From Escherichia phage VpaE1_ev035: a stretch of 64,000 nt of DNA. Shown here one piece after another: positions 8,925 through 18,120 of the stretch (positions within the stretch are counted from its first letter, which is position 1; every line of letters starts with the position of its first letter). The notes under the pieces were generated by a model that was not told the origin of the DNA, did not search any database, and worked only from the letters and a program-made list of their open reading frames with translations. The position numbers and the translations under genes are program-made. The stretch is from sequence record LR699048, one strand, 5' to 3'.

Positions 8925-9218
8925 ATGGCTATTATCAAAAACGTTGTAATTACTGCAAAAACTCGTGATGACGCTCGCGTTATGGCTAAAAAGTTATGCG
9001 GGAAAGTTGTTGACAATGGGAAAAAATCTGCTGTAAGATGGGGCGTAAAGGTTGATAAACAGTTGAAGTTAAAAAATTCACCGATAAATCTTTTTACATG
9101 TGTAAACACTATCGGGAAGACAAATGTATACACGAAAAAGGCATACATTAGACGCGTAGCATTAACATCCCCCATTCGTACAATGAGAAGTTATGCAAAG
9201 CTGAAAATTAACAAATAA
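8925..9218 (+). CDS. hypothetical small protein (cassette array ORF 2)
   Basis: Conserved type-B leader with RBS directly upstream. Confidence 0.55.
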   Translation: MAIIKNVVITAKTRDDARVMAKKLCGKVVDNGKKSAVRWGVKVDKQLKLKNSPINLFTCVNTIGKTNVYTKKAYIRRVALTSPIRTMRSYAKLKINK

Positions 9219-9303
9219 AGTACTTTACAGGGGGCTTAAAAGTTGATATCTTAAGCCCCAGATAAAGAGCTTTACCACTCAATCCTAAACTGGAGATTCT
9301 AAA
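9219..9303 (+). promoter_or_regulatory. type-B leader cassette
   Basis: Same stem (GGGGCTTAA/TTAAGCCCC) with a different loop, same downstream leader. Confidence 0.45.
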
Positions 9304-9816
9304 ATGAAAACTGTAGACGCTACCTTTGAAGTTGTAAAAGAAAAATTTTCCATCATCTACGAAGCGGTAAATTGCTACGAAGCAAGCCATAATCTTGATA
9401 ATTGGGAATTTACAGATGACCATCAAGGCGGTGTGACGATTAAAAATCCTAGCTGTCAGCGTAATGAATTTAAATATGCAATCCCTTTACATTACAGCCT
9501 TAAACAGCTTTCAAGTGACTATGCAAAACAAGGCCGGGAAAACCCATCAAAAGAGGCTTACATCAGCTTACAGAAAGAACTAGAAAGAGATTTAGAGGCT
9601 TCAGAGTACAACCTTGCCGCGAAAGTTGTGGATGCAAACGGTAACACGGTTTTAGAAAGTTTTTATCTTGGTTATGCTTTCGATTGGTGCTATCGTGACG
9701 GCGATGATTTAGAGGATAGACTAAAAGAAGAGGTGAACAATTCAGACGCAGAAACTGAAGTATTAGAACGTTTGGAATCATTGAAAGATTCAGTGATGAA
9801 TATCTTTAAGAACTAA
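9304..9816 (+). CDS. hypothetical protein (cassette array ORF 3)
   Basis: Conserved type-B leader with RBS directly upstream. Confidence 0.55.
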   Translation: MKTVDATFEVVKEKFSIIYEAVNCYEASHNLDNWEFTDDHQGGVTIKNPSCQRNEFKYAIPLHYSLKQLSSDYAKQGRENPSKEAYISLQKELERDLEASEYNLAAKVVDANGNTVLESFYLGYAFDWCYRDGDDLEDRLKEEVNNSDAETEVLERLESLKDSVMNIFKN

Positions 9817-9908
9817 ATAGATTTCTTTACACGGGGTTATCAAGCTGGTAGGATAGCCCCAGATAGAGAGATTTATCAAATAAAGCCCTTAAACTAGGAG
9901 ATTCTAAA
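9817..9908 (+). promoter_or_regulatory. type-B leader cassette (variant)
   Basis: Hairpin GGGGTTATC...GATAGCCCC (compensatory changes) followed by leader ending CTTAAACTAGGAGATTCTAAA. Confidence 0.4.
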
Positions 9909-10205
9909 ATGAAATTATCAAATCAAGTGCGTGAAAATCTGAGCAAATTACTCAACAAAATTGATTTCATTGAAACATCAAGGAATAGCCATGATGTTAT
10001 GGAATGGTTACACGGCAAAATAAAAGGTCGTCGTGTAGTGATTTGCTTATGGAACAGTTGCAGGGAGTATAAAAAACCTGTATTACAAGTCAATATCTAT
10101 GATGATACTTTTAAAAGTCCAGTAAAGTCTAAAAGCGATTTATTAGAATCTTATGAGATATCTGTAAATGGCAAAGTATCACGTAAAGAGGTAACACCAT
10201 GTTAA
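9909..10205 (+). CDS. hypothetical small protein (cassette array ORF 4)
   Basis: Conserved leader variant upstream. Confidence 0.55.
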   Translation: MKLSNQVRENLSKLLNKIDFIETSRNSHDVMEWLHGKIKGRRVVICLWNSCREYKKPVLQVNIYDDTFKSPVKSKSDLLESYEISVNGKVSRKEVTPC

Positions 10206-10531
10206 TGACTGGTATCACTGCAATCATTGCCATTTTCGCGCTATATAAGGCGTATATAGCCTATAATCTAGCAAATAAGGCAATCACACAGCAGGTTAGA
10301 AATAACCTTGTAGAGAGCTTTCTAGGGCGTCTCAGTGATGAGCAAATAAAGCGGCTAGAGATGAGCTTCAGATACAAAGCGAAAACCTATCAGATAAGTG
10401 ACATCTTCAAAGATGATTTTCAGTTAGTCGATGATTATAATTCACTAATAAATGCTTTAAATATCAGTGACTTAAAAGACTACTACGCTGTAATTGTTCA
10501 AGAATTGAGCAAACGAAAACAAAGTGTTTGA
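10199..10531 (+). CDS. hypothetical membrane-associated small protein (cassette array ORF 5)
   Basis: ATG overlaps stop of previous ORF (ATGTTAATGA), N-terminal hydrophobic segment. Confidence 0.5.
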   Translation: MLMTGITAIIAIFALYKAYIAYNLANKAITQQVRNNLVESFLGRLSDEQIKRLEMSFRYKAKTYQISDIFKDDFQLVDDYNSLINALNISDLKDYYAVIVQELSKRKQSV

Positions 10532-10620
10532 CACTGATTTTTAGATAGGCTAAATTACACATCAACGGGGAGGGAATGACCTTCCCCACTAAATAAAGTC
10601 CTAAACTGGAGATTCTGAAA
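10528..10620 (+). promoter_or_regulatory. type-A leader cassette: promoter (TTGACA-N17-TAAATT) + stem-loop + RBS
   Basis: -35 10528-10533, -10 10551-10556; stem-loop GGGGAGGGAATGACCTTCCCC; conserved leader. Confidence 0.5.
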
Positions 10621-10779
10621 ATGTTTTGTGCAGGTGATAAAGTTGTCTGGAATGATATAGATGACGGTTTATGTACGAAAGTTGTTGTTATCCTAGAAAT
10701 TGATTATATCACTGGTGTTGCAACTGTAGCAGATAATGATATAATCTTTGATGTCTTAATTAGTGAACTGTCAAAATAA
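10621..10779 (+). CDS. hypothetical 52-aa protein (cassette array ORF 6, below ORF-track cutoff)
   Basis: Manual translation MFCAGDKVVWNDIDDG...SELSK; preceded by full type-A cassette (promoter, stem-loop, RBS). Confidence 0.45.
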   Translation: MFCAGDKVVWNDIDDGLCTKVVVILEIDYITGVATVADNDIIFDVLISELSK

Positions 10780-10804
10780 AACCCTTAAACTAGGAGCTTT
10801 TAAA

Positions 10805-11077
10805 ATGTACACTACTAACAACGGTCGCACCTTAAACGTAACCCTACGCCACTATGTGAACGGTGTAATGCACTTCGAGGATTTACAAGCTGAACAGCAC
10901 ATTTTGGATTGGCAAGTTGCAGGACTCCAAAAAACTGCTACAGGATACGGGAAAAAGATTCCAACCAGTTGGAAAGTATACTACGAAGGACGTTTGCGCA
11001 GAATTTATCAAGATGTGCAAAGCAATAGCGCATCGAGTTACATTATAGTAAAAGGCAAAAAACTGCATTTAATGTAA
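10805..11077 (+). CDS. hypothetical small protein (cassette array ORF 7)
   Basis: ATG after conserved CTTAAACTAGGAGCTTTTAAA leader; ORF track frame 10763..11077. Confidence 0.5.
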   Translation: MYTTNNGRTLNVTLRHYVNGVMHFEDLQAEQHILDWQVAGLQKTATGYGKKIPTSWKVYYEGRLRRIYQDVQSNSASSYIIVKGKKLHLM

Positions 11078-11163
11078 AGTACTTTACAAGGGGCTTATAG
11101 TTCGATAAAGTAAGCCCCAGATAAAGAGCTTTACTACTCAATCCTAAATTGGAGAACTTAAAA
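11078..11163 (+). promoter_or_regulatory. type-B leader cassette
   Basis: Near-identical to 8835-8924. Confidence 0.45.
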
Positions 11164-11568
11164 ATGGCTATTAATAACCGTGAATTATCAATTTTAAAAG
11201 CACGTTTGACCGTCAACAGGATTAATGTTCTGACATCATCAGCGCCTGATGAAACATTGCACAACATTATCGGGAAGATTCAAAGTGTTATCTTAGACGT
11301 TGAAAATGTAAAAAGTTCATTGGCTGACGTTGCATCAGGTATCACGCTAGACGGCGCGCAATATGAAATGTCAGACATGTTAGGCAAATCTAAGGTAATG
11401 AATAAAGAGTTAGATTTGAAAATGTTCCGATTTGCTGTTAAAGTGTGGTTATCTGTCGAGTATGATGCTAACTTTGCAATCGCTGACTTTTTCGCCACTT
11501 GGTTGCAGCGTAATTTGTCAAATCACGATTTTCGTAATATCTGCGATGCAATTTATGCAGAACTCTAA
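11164..11568 (+). CDS. hypothetical protein (cassette array ORF 8)
   Basis: ATG after type-B leader; ORF track frame 11149..11568. Confidence 0.55.
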   Translation: MAINNRELSILKARLTVNRINVLTSSAPDETLHNIIGKIQSVILDVENVKSSLADVASGITLDGAQYEMSDMLGKSKVMNKELDLKMFRFAVKVWLSVEYDANFAIADFFATWLQRNLSNHDFRNICDAIYAEL

Positions 11569-11587
11569 AAAAATTGTTGACACTTAT

Positions 11588-11669
11588 TTTTAGATAGATT
11601 AAATTACACATCAACGGGGAGGGATTAACCTTCCCCACTAAATAAAGTCCTTAAACTAGGAGATTCAAA
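11588..11669 (+). promoter_or_regulatory. type-A leader cassette: promoter (TTGACA-N17-TAAATT) + stem-loop + RBS
   Basis: -35 11588-11593, -10 11611-11616; stem-loop GGGGAGGGATTAACCTTCCCC. Confidence 0.5.
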
Positions 11670-11918
11670 ATGATGAATTTTTTAAATATCCCTGATACTT
11701 GCCGACTGTTGACGCAACCAGAAAATTTAGGCAAACCTTTCCTGTACCATATGCCAGACAATACACCAAAAACATATAGCTACACAGTTAACCGCTTTAC
11801 GGGTTACGCTGCAAAAAACGGTTACAAGGTTACTACTCAAAAAGTAACACTATTTACAAATATCGAAGAGCTTCCAACAATCGCTGTAAAACTAATATTT
11901 ACGAAGAAGACGCAATAA
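11670..11918 (+). CDS. hypothetical small protein (cassette array ORF 9)
   Basis: Full type-A cassette upstream. Confidence 0.5.
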   Translation: MMNFLNIPDTCRLLTQPENLGKPFLYHMPDNTPKTYSYTVNRFTGYAAKNGYKVTTQKVTLFTNIEELPTIAVKLIFTKKTQ

Positions 11919-12003
11919 AGTACTTTACAAGGGGCTTAAAAGTTGATATCTTAAGCCCCAGATAAAGAACTTTACCACTAAATCCTAAACTGGAGATTCT
12001 AAA
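11919..12003 (+). promoter_or_regulatory. type-B leader cassette
   Basis: Near-identical to 9219-9303. Confidence 0.45.
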
Positions 12004-12546
12004 ATGAAATGTTTTCACGGTACTACTCAAGAAAATTTCCTCAACCTGATTAATAACGGTGATAAACCATCAGGCGCATGGAATTGTTCGGATATGGACG
12101 GCAATTTTTACGTGTATCCAGAAAATAAAATCTATGGCGACGATGAGGAAGAAATAGCATCAGAGGGCATTCAGCAAGCTCTAGGTAATGCCACTATCAC
12201 CGCAGCTTTTCAGATGAAGACTCAAAATATTGTTATCTTAGAACTCGATATTCCAGAGGATGAGCTAAACGATGATTATTCTTGTGATAATATGTCGAGT
12301 GTAGCAAGTTTTACAGAGTACTTTGATGTAAATTGGATTAAAAAGGTCTATACAACAGAGTTTAACGCTATGTATTCACCTTTTTGTCTTCCTTCATTGG
12401 ATAACCCAAATTTAAACTATCTTGATGAGTCTCTGGAGCTTCTTGCTAAAAGTGTTCAACAGTCGGACAGTATTCAGGTTTTTTGTGACATCATGGATAC
12501 ACTGACAGGAAACATTGCAGAAGAGGATTTAAAGAGCTTTTTCTAA
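12004..12546 (+). CDS. hypothetical acidic protein (cassette array ORF 10)
   Basis: Type-B leader upstream. Confidence 0.55.
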   Translation: MKCFHGTTQENFLNLINNGDKPSGAWNCSDMDGNFYVYPENKIYGDDEEEIASEGIQQALGNATITAAFQMKTQNIVILELDIPEDELNDDYSCDNMSSVASFTEYFDVNWIKKVYTTEFNAMYSPFCLPSLDNPNLNYLDESLELLAKSVQQSDSIQVFCDIMDTLTGNIAEEDLKSFF

Positions 12547-12577
12547 AAACCTATACAATCACCTTATAAACACTAAT

Positions 12578-12600
12578 CAGCCCCTTGTAGGGGCTTTTAG
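12578..12600 (+). terminator. hairpin/weak terminator
   Basis: CAGCCCCT-TGT-AGGGGCT followed by TTTAG. Confidence 0.35.
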
Positions 12601-12612
12601 GGGGCTTAAATC

Positions 12613-12846
12613 ATGCTTACAACCGTTTACCTTATCCTTTCTATTTGTAATGGCCATTCATGTGATTTTAAAGGGCTTGAGGAGTTCACAGGAAGTAAAG
12701 AAAATGCTATTCAAGTTTGCCAGATAGCAAGGCAAGACTATCCCGCAAGTGATGATATTCAGTGTTACTTTAAGACAGAAGATGACGACGGAATCTATTT
12801 CGATAGTGTTGATGGTCAGTATGAGATTATCATTGAAAAAGACTAG
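12613..12846 (+). CDS. hypothetical small protein (cassette array ORF 11)
   Basis: ORF track; preceded by hairpin 12578-12596. Confidence 0.45.
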   Translation: MLTTVYLILSICNGHSCDFKGLEEFTGSKENAIQVCQIARQDYPASDDIQCYFKTEDDDGIYFDSVDGQYEIIIEKD

Positions 12847-12937
12847 ACAAGCCTGATAAAAGTCTGTAAATTGTCAATCAACGGGGAGGAAATGACCTCC
12901 CCCACTAAATAAAGTCCTTAAACTAGGAGATTCAAAA
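12847..12937 (+). promoter_or_regulatory. type-A leader cassette (no clear -35)
   Basis: TAAATTGTCAATCAACGGGGAGGAAATGACCTCCCCC + conserved leader. Confidence 0.4.
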
Positions 12938-13279
12938 ATGGCTTATGTAACCGTAATTACCGATAAAGCTGGCGCATCTTGGTCAACTCAAGTAAGTGAT
13001 AAGATGTCACCTATGCAGTGCCTAAAATACTTTGAACAGTGGAACAAAGGCGAGGACACAAGCCCCTTTCAAGTGATGCAGATTATCCATGTAGATAACG
13101 AAGGGAATAAAACGGTTTTAAATAGTGAGTACTACGCAAGCCGTTTTGAAACGAGAAGTAAAACAATGAAGCTTTTACGTGAATCCGGTTATGCCCATAT
13201 CGCCGCGTTAATCTGGGATGACCTGCTAAAAAACCAACGTATCAGCTATGTAAAACCTGAAAAAATATTCATCAGTTAA
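12938..13279 (+). CDS. hypothetical protein (cassette array ORF 12)
   Basis: Type-A stem-loop and leader upstream. Confidence 0.55.
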   Translation: MAYVTVITDKAGASWSTQVSDKMSPMQCLKYFEQWNKGEDTSPFQVMQIIHVDNEGNKTVLNSEYYASRFETRSKTMKLLRESGYAHIAALIWDDLLKNQRISYVKPEKIFIS

Positions 13280-13429
13280 TCAATAACTTACAAAAAACTT
13301 TTAAAAAAGTGTTGACAATACCCCTTGACATTGGTAACTTTGTTCGAGGGGGTTTATCTAAAAGGGATTCACTTAAAAGATTCTTTATAGATAAACTTAA
13401 AAAATTGCTTGCAATCAGCTATCAAAACA

Positions 13430-13499
13430 AGTAAATTACTAATTAACGGAAGGGATGACCTCCCCACTAAACAAAGTCCTTAAACTAGGAGATTCTAAA
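13430..13499 (+). promoter_or_regulatory. type-A leader cassette
   Basis: TAAATTACTAATTAACGGAAGGGATGACCTCCCC + conserved leader; TTGACA boxes further upstream at ~13311 and ~13325. Confidence 0.4.
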
Positions 13500-14030
13500 A
13501 TGAACAAGTTTAAAGCTATCAACTATATTCGTTCAAATAGCGTAATGTCTAAGCCTGTTAAAGATACCTATGAATTTAGTTGTAATGGGGTACACTTTGC
13601 AACCATTACCAAATCAGAAAACGGGGCTTATTACATTCATCGCCGTAATGTTTCTACTGTTGTAGTCTCTCACTTTATGCAAGCTGTAGCGGAATTATTA
13701 CCGTTATTCTTAGAGATTTACTTAGATGAGTGTAAAAACGTTCACAACCACGTTAAAAACCTTTTAAATGGTTATAAAATGACTTATGAACGTTCTATTC
13801 ATAATTTGAACAAGTTCTATAAAGCCCCTGAAAATACTGTGTCAATAGCTTATGATGTAAGCGGTGAAATGGTCAACCTCTCCAATGTAGAACAAATTAA
13901 CCTTTATAATTTACGTCCTAGTGGTTACTCTAAGACTCTTGGTGAAGGTTTAACGTTCAATATCAAGAACTTAGAAAAAACTTTAAAAGATATTGAAAAA
14001 GATATTGACGAGACACTTAAAAGTCTGTAA
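13500..14030 (+). CDS. hypothetical protein (cassette array ORF 13)
   Basis: ATG after conserved leader; ORF track frame 13455..14030. Confidence 0.55.
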   Translation: MNKFKAINYIRSNSVMSKPVKDTYEFSCNGVHFATITKSENGAYYIHRRNVSTVVVSHFMQAVAELLPLFLEIYLDECKNVHNHVKNLLNGYKMTYERSIHNLNKFYKAPENTVSIAYDVSGEMVNLSNVEQINLYNLRPSGYSKTLGEGLTFNIKNLEKTLKDIEKDIDETLKSL

Positions 14031-14096
14031 ATTGTCAATCAACGGGGAGGGAATGACCTTCCCCACTAAATAAAGTCCTAAACTGGAGTTATCAAG
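14031..14096 (+). promoter_or_regulatory. type-A leader cassette
   Basis: TAAATTGTCAATCAACGGGGAGGGAATGACCTTCCCC + leader. Confidence 0.4.
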
Positions 14097-14360
14097 ATGG
14101 AAAACGTAGAATTAACCACACTTTTACAAATTGCAACTGACAAAGAAGATGTAGCATTATTTCACCGTATCGAAAGCGATTTGTTCAATGATGAAATCAT
14201 CAAAGAATCTTATGAAGTTGTCGGATTCAAAGATGGTAAAGCGTTTGGATTCTTTGACCTCGACAAAGGCAACGCTGTTACAAAGTATGATGTTTTGTCT
14301 TGTGAGATTCTTACAAAATACAACGAAAAAAGGCTTGCAACATACGCCAATATGCAGTAA
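14097..14360 (+). CDS. hypothetical small acidic protein (cassette array ORF 14)
   Basis: Type-A stem-loop and leader upstream. Confidence 0.5.
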   Translation: MENVELTTLLQIATDKEDVALFHRIESDLFNDEIIKESYEVVGFKDGKAFGFFDLDKGNAVTKYDVLSCEILTKYNEKRLATYANMQ

Positions 14361-14426
14361 ATTACTAATCAACGGGAGGCGATAACCTCCCCACTAAATA
14401 AAACCCTTAAACTAGGAGATTCAAAA
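14361..14426 (+). promoter_or_regulatory. type-A leader cassette
   Basis: TAAATTACTAATCAACGGGAGGCGATAACCTCCCC + leader (compensatory stem changes). Confidence 0.4.
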
Positions 14427-14675
14427 ATGGCAACTATCCGCGCTACTGTTAACGAGTTCGGTTTTTCCTCTCTGGATGTTAAATTTGACATTGCAGGCAC
14501 TGATAACGCCTTTGAAATGGTGAAAGGTCTTATCAGTCAGACCATCAAAGATTATAATCCTTCGGATGAGTTCTGGGAGGAAACAAAACAAGAAGTTCTC
14601 AAGGATGGTTATACTTATCACTATTGGGGAGAAAAAATCGTCTCCCTGTACTACAACAAACAAGATTATAACTAA
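14427..14675 (+). CDS. hypothetical small protein (cassette array ORF 15)
   Basis: Type-A stem-loop and leader upstream; followed by tandem hairpins/terminator. Confidence 0.5.
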   Translation: MATIRATVNEFGFSSLDVKFDIAGTDNAFEMVKGLISQTIKDYNPSDEFWEETKQEVLKDGYTYHYWGEKIVSLYYNKQDYN

Positions 14676-14683
14676 TCGACGCA

Positions 14684-14739
14684 GCGGGGCTAAATAGCCC
14701 CAGATACCTTTTACAGCCCCTCATAGGGGCTTTTTTACG
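14684..14739 (+). terminator. tandem hairpins ending in rho-independent terminator (end of + strand early block)
   Basis: GGGGCTA-AA-TAGCCCC then AGCCCCT-CAT-AGGGGCT + T6. Confidence 0.7.
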
Positions 14740-14744
14740 TCTAT

Positions 14745-16280
14745 CGAATCCTTATACAATCCCTTTCCAGAATCTTATCAGACCTTAAAAACAATAACTC
14801 TATAGTCTACTCTATAACCTTTTATCAAATCAACTTAAATAAAAGCCAATAACCCCAGAAAGGGGATGGCCCATTTAAACGCTCTATAAAGCTCTATAAC
14901 AGCCTTATCAACCTAACTTAAGGGATTGCATTAACCTATCTTAAAAAAGCTCTTTACAGGGCTTTATAGAGCCTTAAAAGAATCTTATAAGGGCGTAAGC
15001 TTTATCATCTCATTAGTATTCTTGTGAATAACTAAACAACCCCCTTGATAGTCACTAAAAAGTATGTTATAGGGGCTTTAAAGTTACTTTGAAGTAGCTT
15101 AAAAGTTACGTAAAAGAGGCTATAAAGTTACGTAAATGCTAGCCCCCTTAACATTTTCTTAACAATTTCTTAACAATCCCTACATAGTTATGCTTTTAAG
15201 GCACTTGTTAGCACCTTGTTAAATCTCTGTTAAGACCACGTAAAAGCCTTGTAAGAGTCTTTGACATAGCCTTAAAAGCTCCTGTAAAGCTCTATAAAGA
15301 GGTGTTTGTACAGTTGGGGGATAGATACTAGGAAGAGGCTTAAAAGAGCTTATAAAGAGCTATAGAGAGCTTTTAAAAGGTATGTTTAAGGAATCACTAA
15401 GAAAGGAAAGGGAACGATAAGAAAGAGATAGTGACCATGTTAATAGCTTGTTAAAAAGATTAAACACTTGTTAGAAACTTGTTAATTATCTTAACAAAAT
15501 AACTCTTAAAAATTAACTTGTTAGCTCTTGTTAGTCATCTGTTAAGCCTCTGTAAAGACTATTCAGCAACTGTTAAGAGACTGTTACAGCCTTGTTAGTT
15601 CTGTTAAGAATCTGTTAAGACCTTTGAAGAGTTGTTAAGAAGATGTGAGAACTGTTAAGAGATTGTTAAGGATATTTTAAAATTTTGCAAAGTACTTGTA
15701 AGGGAGTTGTTAAGGGCTACCAAGCAGATATACATCTTCTACAGATATTTTTCAGTTCCTTCAAAGACCCTAAAAAATGACTTGACAGTCCTATTTTATA
15801 AAAATTTTAAGATTCTGAATAATTACCTATACAGTCTTTTAAAAATACAGGTAGAAACAGGCTTATAAGATACCTTGTTAGTACCGTGTTAGACCTTGTG
15901 AGATAAGGTCTGTAAAGATATTCCTGTTAAGTTTGTTAAAACAGTCTATATAGAGGCTTAGTATTTCCTAGTGAACACCTATAGAGAGTATCATAGCTGA
16001 CATAGAGATTAAGAGGTGTATAGGAGCTTCTAAGAAGGTGTAGAGAGATGGTTAAGGTGATTGTATAGGTTGTTAAGAAGGCTTGTTAGAAGAGTGTTTA
16101 GATGGCTATTTAGAAGGGCTATACAGAGGGCTATTAAGACCACTAGATAGTTACTAAGATACTATATAGTACTATATAACTATATATAGAGAGTAAGATT
16201 AAGAAGGTTGTTAAGAAGGATAGATATTTTATTCACATATGATGGTGACCCAGAGGTTGGGACAACCGATAAAATTTTAT
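14745..16280. other. 1.5-kb gene-free convergent intergenic region, AT-rich, dense in short repeats
   Basis: No ORF of 60 aa or more in any frame; bounded by terminators of the converging + and - strand blocks; clusters of CT(N)TA(A/T)AAG and TGTTA(A/G) motifs. Confidence 0.7.
15438..15672 (+). repeat. phased iteron-like array: ~16 copies of (C)TGTTA(A/G)(G/A)
   Basis: TGTTA starts at 15438, 15449, 15469, 15480, 15519, 15529, 15540, 15571, 15582, 15593, 15602, 15613, 15633, 15653, 15664; spacings are multiples of ~10-11 bp. Confidence 0.7.
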
Positions 16281-16282
16281 AA

Positions 16283-16314
16283 AAATTAAAAAGCCCCCGA
16301 TTAAGGAGGCTCTT
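16283..16314 (-). terminator. rho-independent terminator for minus-strand block
   Basis: On minus strand GAGCCUCC-UUAAUC-GGGGGCUU followed by U-rich run; sits just past stop of 16323 gene. Confidence 0.5.
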
Positions 16315-16322
16315 AAGATATT

Positions 16323-16916
16323 TTAAATCAGTGTTTCCAGAACTGTTTTTAATGATGACTTGGTTGTCTGATAAAAATGAGTAAATCCATTGTTGTTATC
16401 AAATACCTGCATCATGATATCATCTCCCTTGATTGGGTACACTCGGATATCATAGTGAAAACCATTAAAGACACAAGAACCACTACAGAATGCTCTAAAG
16501 TCATCCACTGAGATGTACTCTTCATGACCTGTGATTTTTATACAAACACCTTTACTCGGTCTCTTAGGGTTGATATCTTCCATCACAGACATACTCTGTC
16601 CACCAAGAGATACCATAGTGACCACTTTACGGTTCTTCTGTTTAAAGTACATCTTAACTTTCTGCAAAGTGTCTTCATAGAACGGATAAGACCTTTCTAC
16701 AAAGATTCCTTCAAGTGGCTCTTTACCATTTTCAACTTCTCTGTTATGCCGTACTGCAAAGATAATTTGTTCGAACCAGTCAAGATTTTCTTCGGAGAGT
16801 GCTTCCCGAATATCACTCCAATCAAGAACTAGATAGTTACCTTCAACTTCTTTTAAGTTATCTTTTTCCATATCTATCACACCATTATCGTAAAACTTGG
16901 TAAGCTGGAACTGCAA
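16323..16916 (-). CDS. hypothetical protein
   Basis: ORF track, 197 aa. Confidence 0.5.
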   Translation of the reverse strand: MQFQLTKFYDNGVIDMEKDNLKEVEGNYLVLDWSDIREALSEENLDWFEQIIFAVRHNREVENGKEPLEGIFVERSYPFYEDTLQKVKMYFKQKNRKVVTMVSLGGQSMSVMEDINPKRPSKGVCIKITGHEEYISVDDFRAFCSGSCVFNGFHYDIRVYPIKGDDIMMQVFDNNNGFTHFYQTTKSSLKTVLETLI

Positions 16917-17349
16917 ACTTGTTGCCGTTGTTCTTAATGAGGTCTTCTTCTGTTACTAAGAATGTAATCCCACACAAGTGTGTGTATTGGCTATCATACT
17001 CAAATATTTTAAGTAAGTATTTACCATCGTGATAAACAGATTCTACTACACCTTTTGCAACAATCTTTCCAGTCTTGAAATCTTTAAGAGGGTATACATT
17101 ACCAACTTTAGGGACTGTTTTCATCTCAGGTTCTTTTAGTTTCTCACTAACTTCTACATCACCTAGTAAGTGAGAACTCTCAAACGCTACATATTGCATA
17201 TAAGCTTCTGAGCATTCCCAGATAAAACAATGTACAAGAATCTTAGCAGCATGTCTTGAGCAATTCAACTTATCACAAATTTCTTTGTACATTTCATCTT
17301 TAGTTGAGTTGTCAAGCATTGCTTTTCGAACTGTTTCTTTAACTTTCAT
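16885..17349 (-). CDS. hypothetical protein
   Basis: ORF track, 154 aa. Confidence 0.5.
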   Translation of the reverse strand: MKVKETVRKAMLDNSTKDEMYKEICDKLNCSRHAAKILVHCFIWECSEAYMQYVAFESSHLLGDVEVSEKLKEPEMKTVPKVGNVYPLKDFKTGKIVAKGVVESVYHDGKYLLKIFEYDSQYTHLCGITFLVTEEDLIKNNGNKFAVPAYQVLR

Positions 17350-17767
17350 AAGCTCTCCGAATAACCCTATTAAGCATCTCTAAAGTCAGCTTTCCAGATT
17401 CTAAATGTGGCATAACAAGCTTTAAAGCTTTTTCAACATCATGCACAACATCTATTATACCTTCCGCGTAGGCTTCTACAAGGATATCTTTTACATTTTG
17501 TGATTTACCTTTTTGTGGTATCACTAGACGCATATCAAACTCATTTGCTTGAGGATGGTTCTTACCACGCCAGAAACCGTCCTTATCAAAGCTTATAAAG
17601 TTATCCTCATTAAAATTAATACCACAAACCTTAAACTTATCTAAAACTATGCAGTTGAGAGGGTAATCATCACTTGCATCATTCATTCCAAGAAACTTAA
17701 CAGTAGCTATATACCTCTGTGTCTTTGAATCTACAATGTCAAGTTCTTTACCTACATGCTCTTTCAT
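17339..17767 (-). CDS. hypothetical protein
   Basis: ORF track, 142 aa. Confidence 0.5.
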   Translation of the reverse strand: MKEHVGKELDIVDSKTQRYIATVKFLGMNDASDDYPLNCIVLDKFKVCGINFNEDNFISFDKDGFWRGKNHPQANEFDMRLVIPQKGKSQNVKDILVEAYAEGIIDVVHDVEKALKLVMPHLESGKLTLEMLNRVIRRAYES

Positions 17768-17819
17768 TTCGCTACCTTCTAAGTTTCTACAAAGGGGCTA
17801 TCAAGTAACCCCTAAGTTA

Positions 17820-18044
17820 TTACTCAGACTTTTCAGTCTTCTTATCAGACTTCTTACTAGTCTTCTTCTCAGCTTTCTGTTCAGGTTCCTTCTCAGAAGT
17901 TGCCTTAATAACCATATCAAGAAGCTCTGATAAGTCACTCTTCAGCAAAGTAACAGGCTGCTCGTTGTAGAAGTTTTTGTCAAGATAAACTTTGAACTCT
18001 TCTATAGAAGGAAATCCAAAAATTGGTACAGGTGTCTTAATCAT
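17820..18044 (-). CDS. hypothetical small protein with Lys-rich C-terminus
   Basis: ORF track, 74 aa. Confidence 0.4.
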   Translation of the reverse strand: MIKTPVPIFGFPSIEEFKVYLDKNFYNEQPVTLLKSDLSELLDMVIKATSEKEPEQKAEKKTSKKSDKKTEKSE

Positions 18045-18120
18045 TGCTTAGTCTCTCCATAGGCATCTTTTAAGATTGCCTTGTTAATCATTTCAGCGAT
18101 TGCAAAACGAACACATACAG

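Noticed and set aside
8391-14675. CRISPR array interpretation of the repeated ~65-105 bp elements
   Set aside because: Repeats are 65-105 bp, of two alternating types, and the intervening 160-540 bp are protein-coding ORFs with RBSs; not a short repeat-spacer array.
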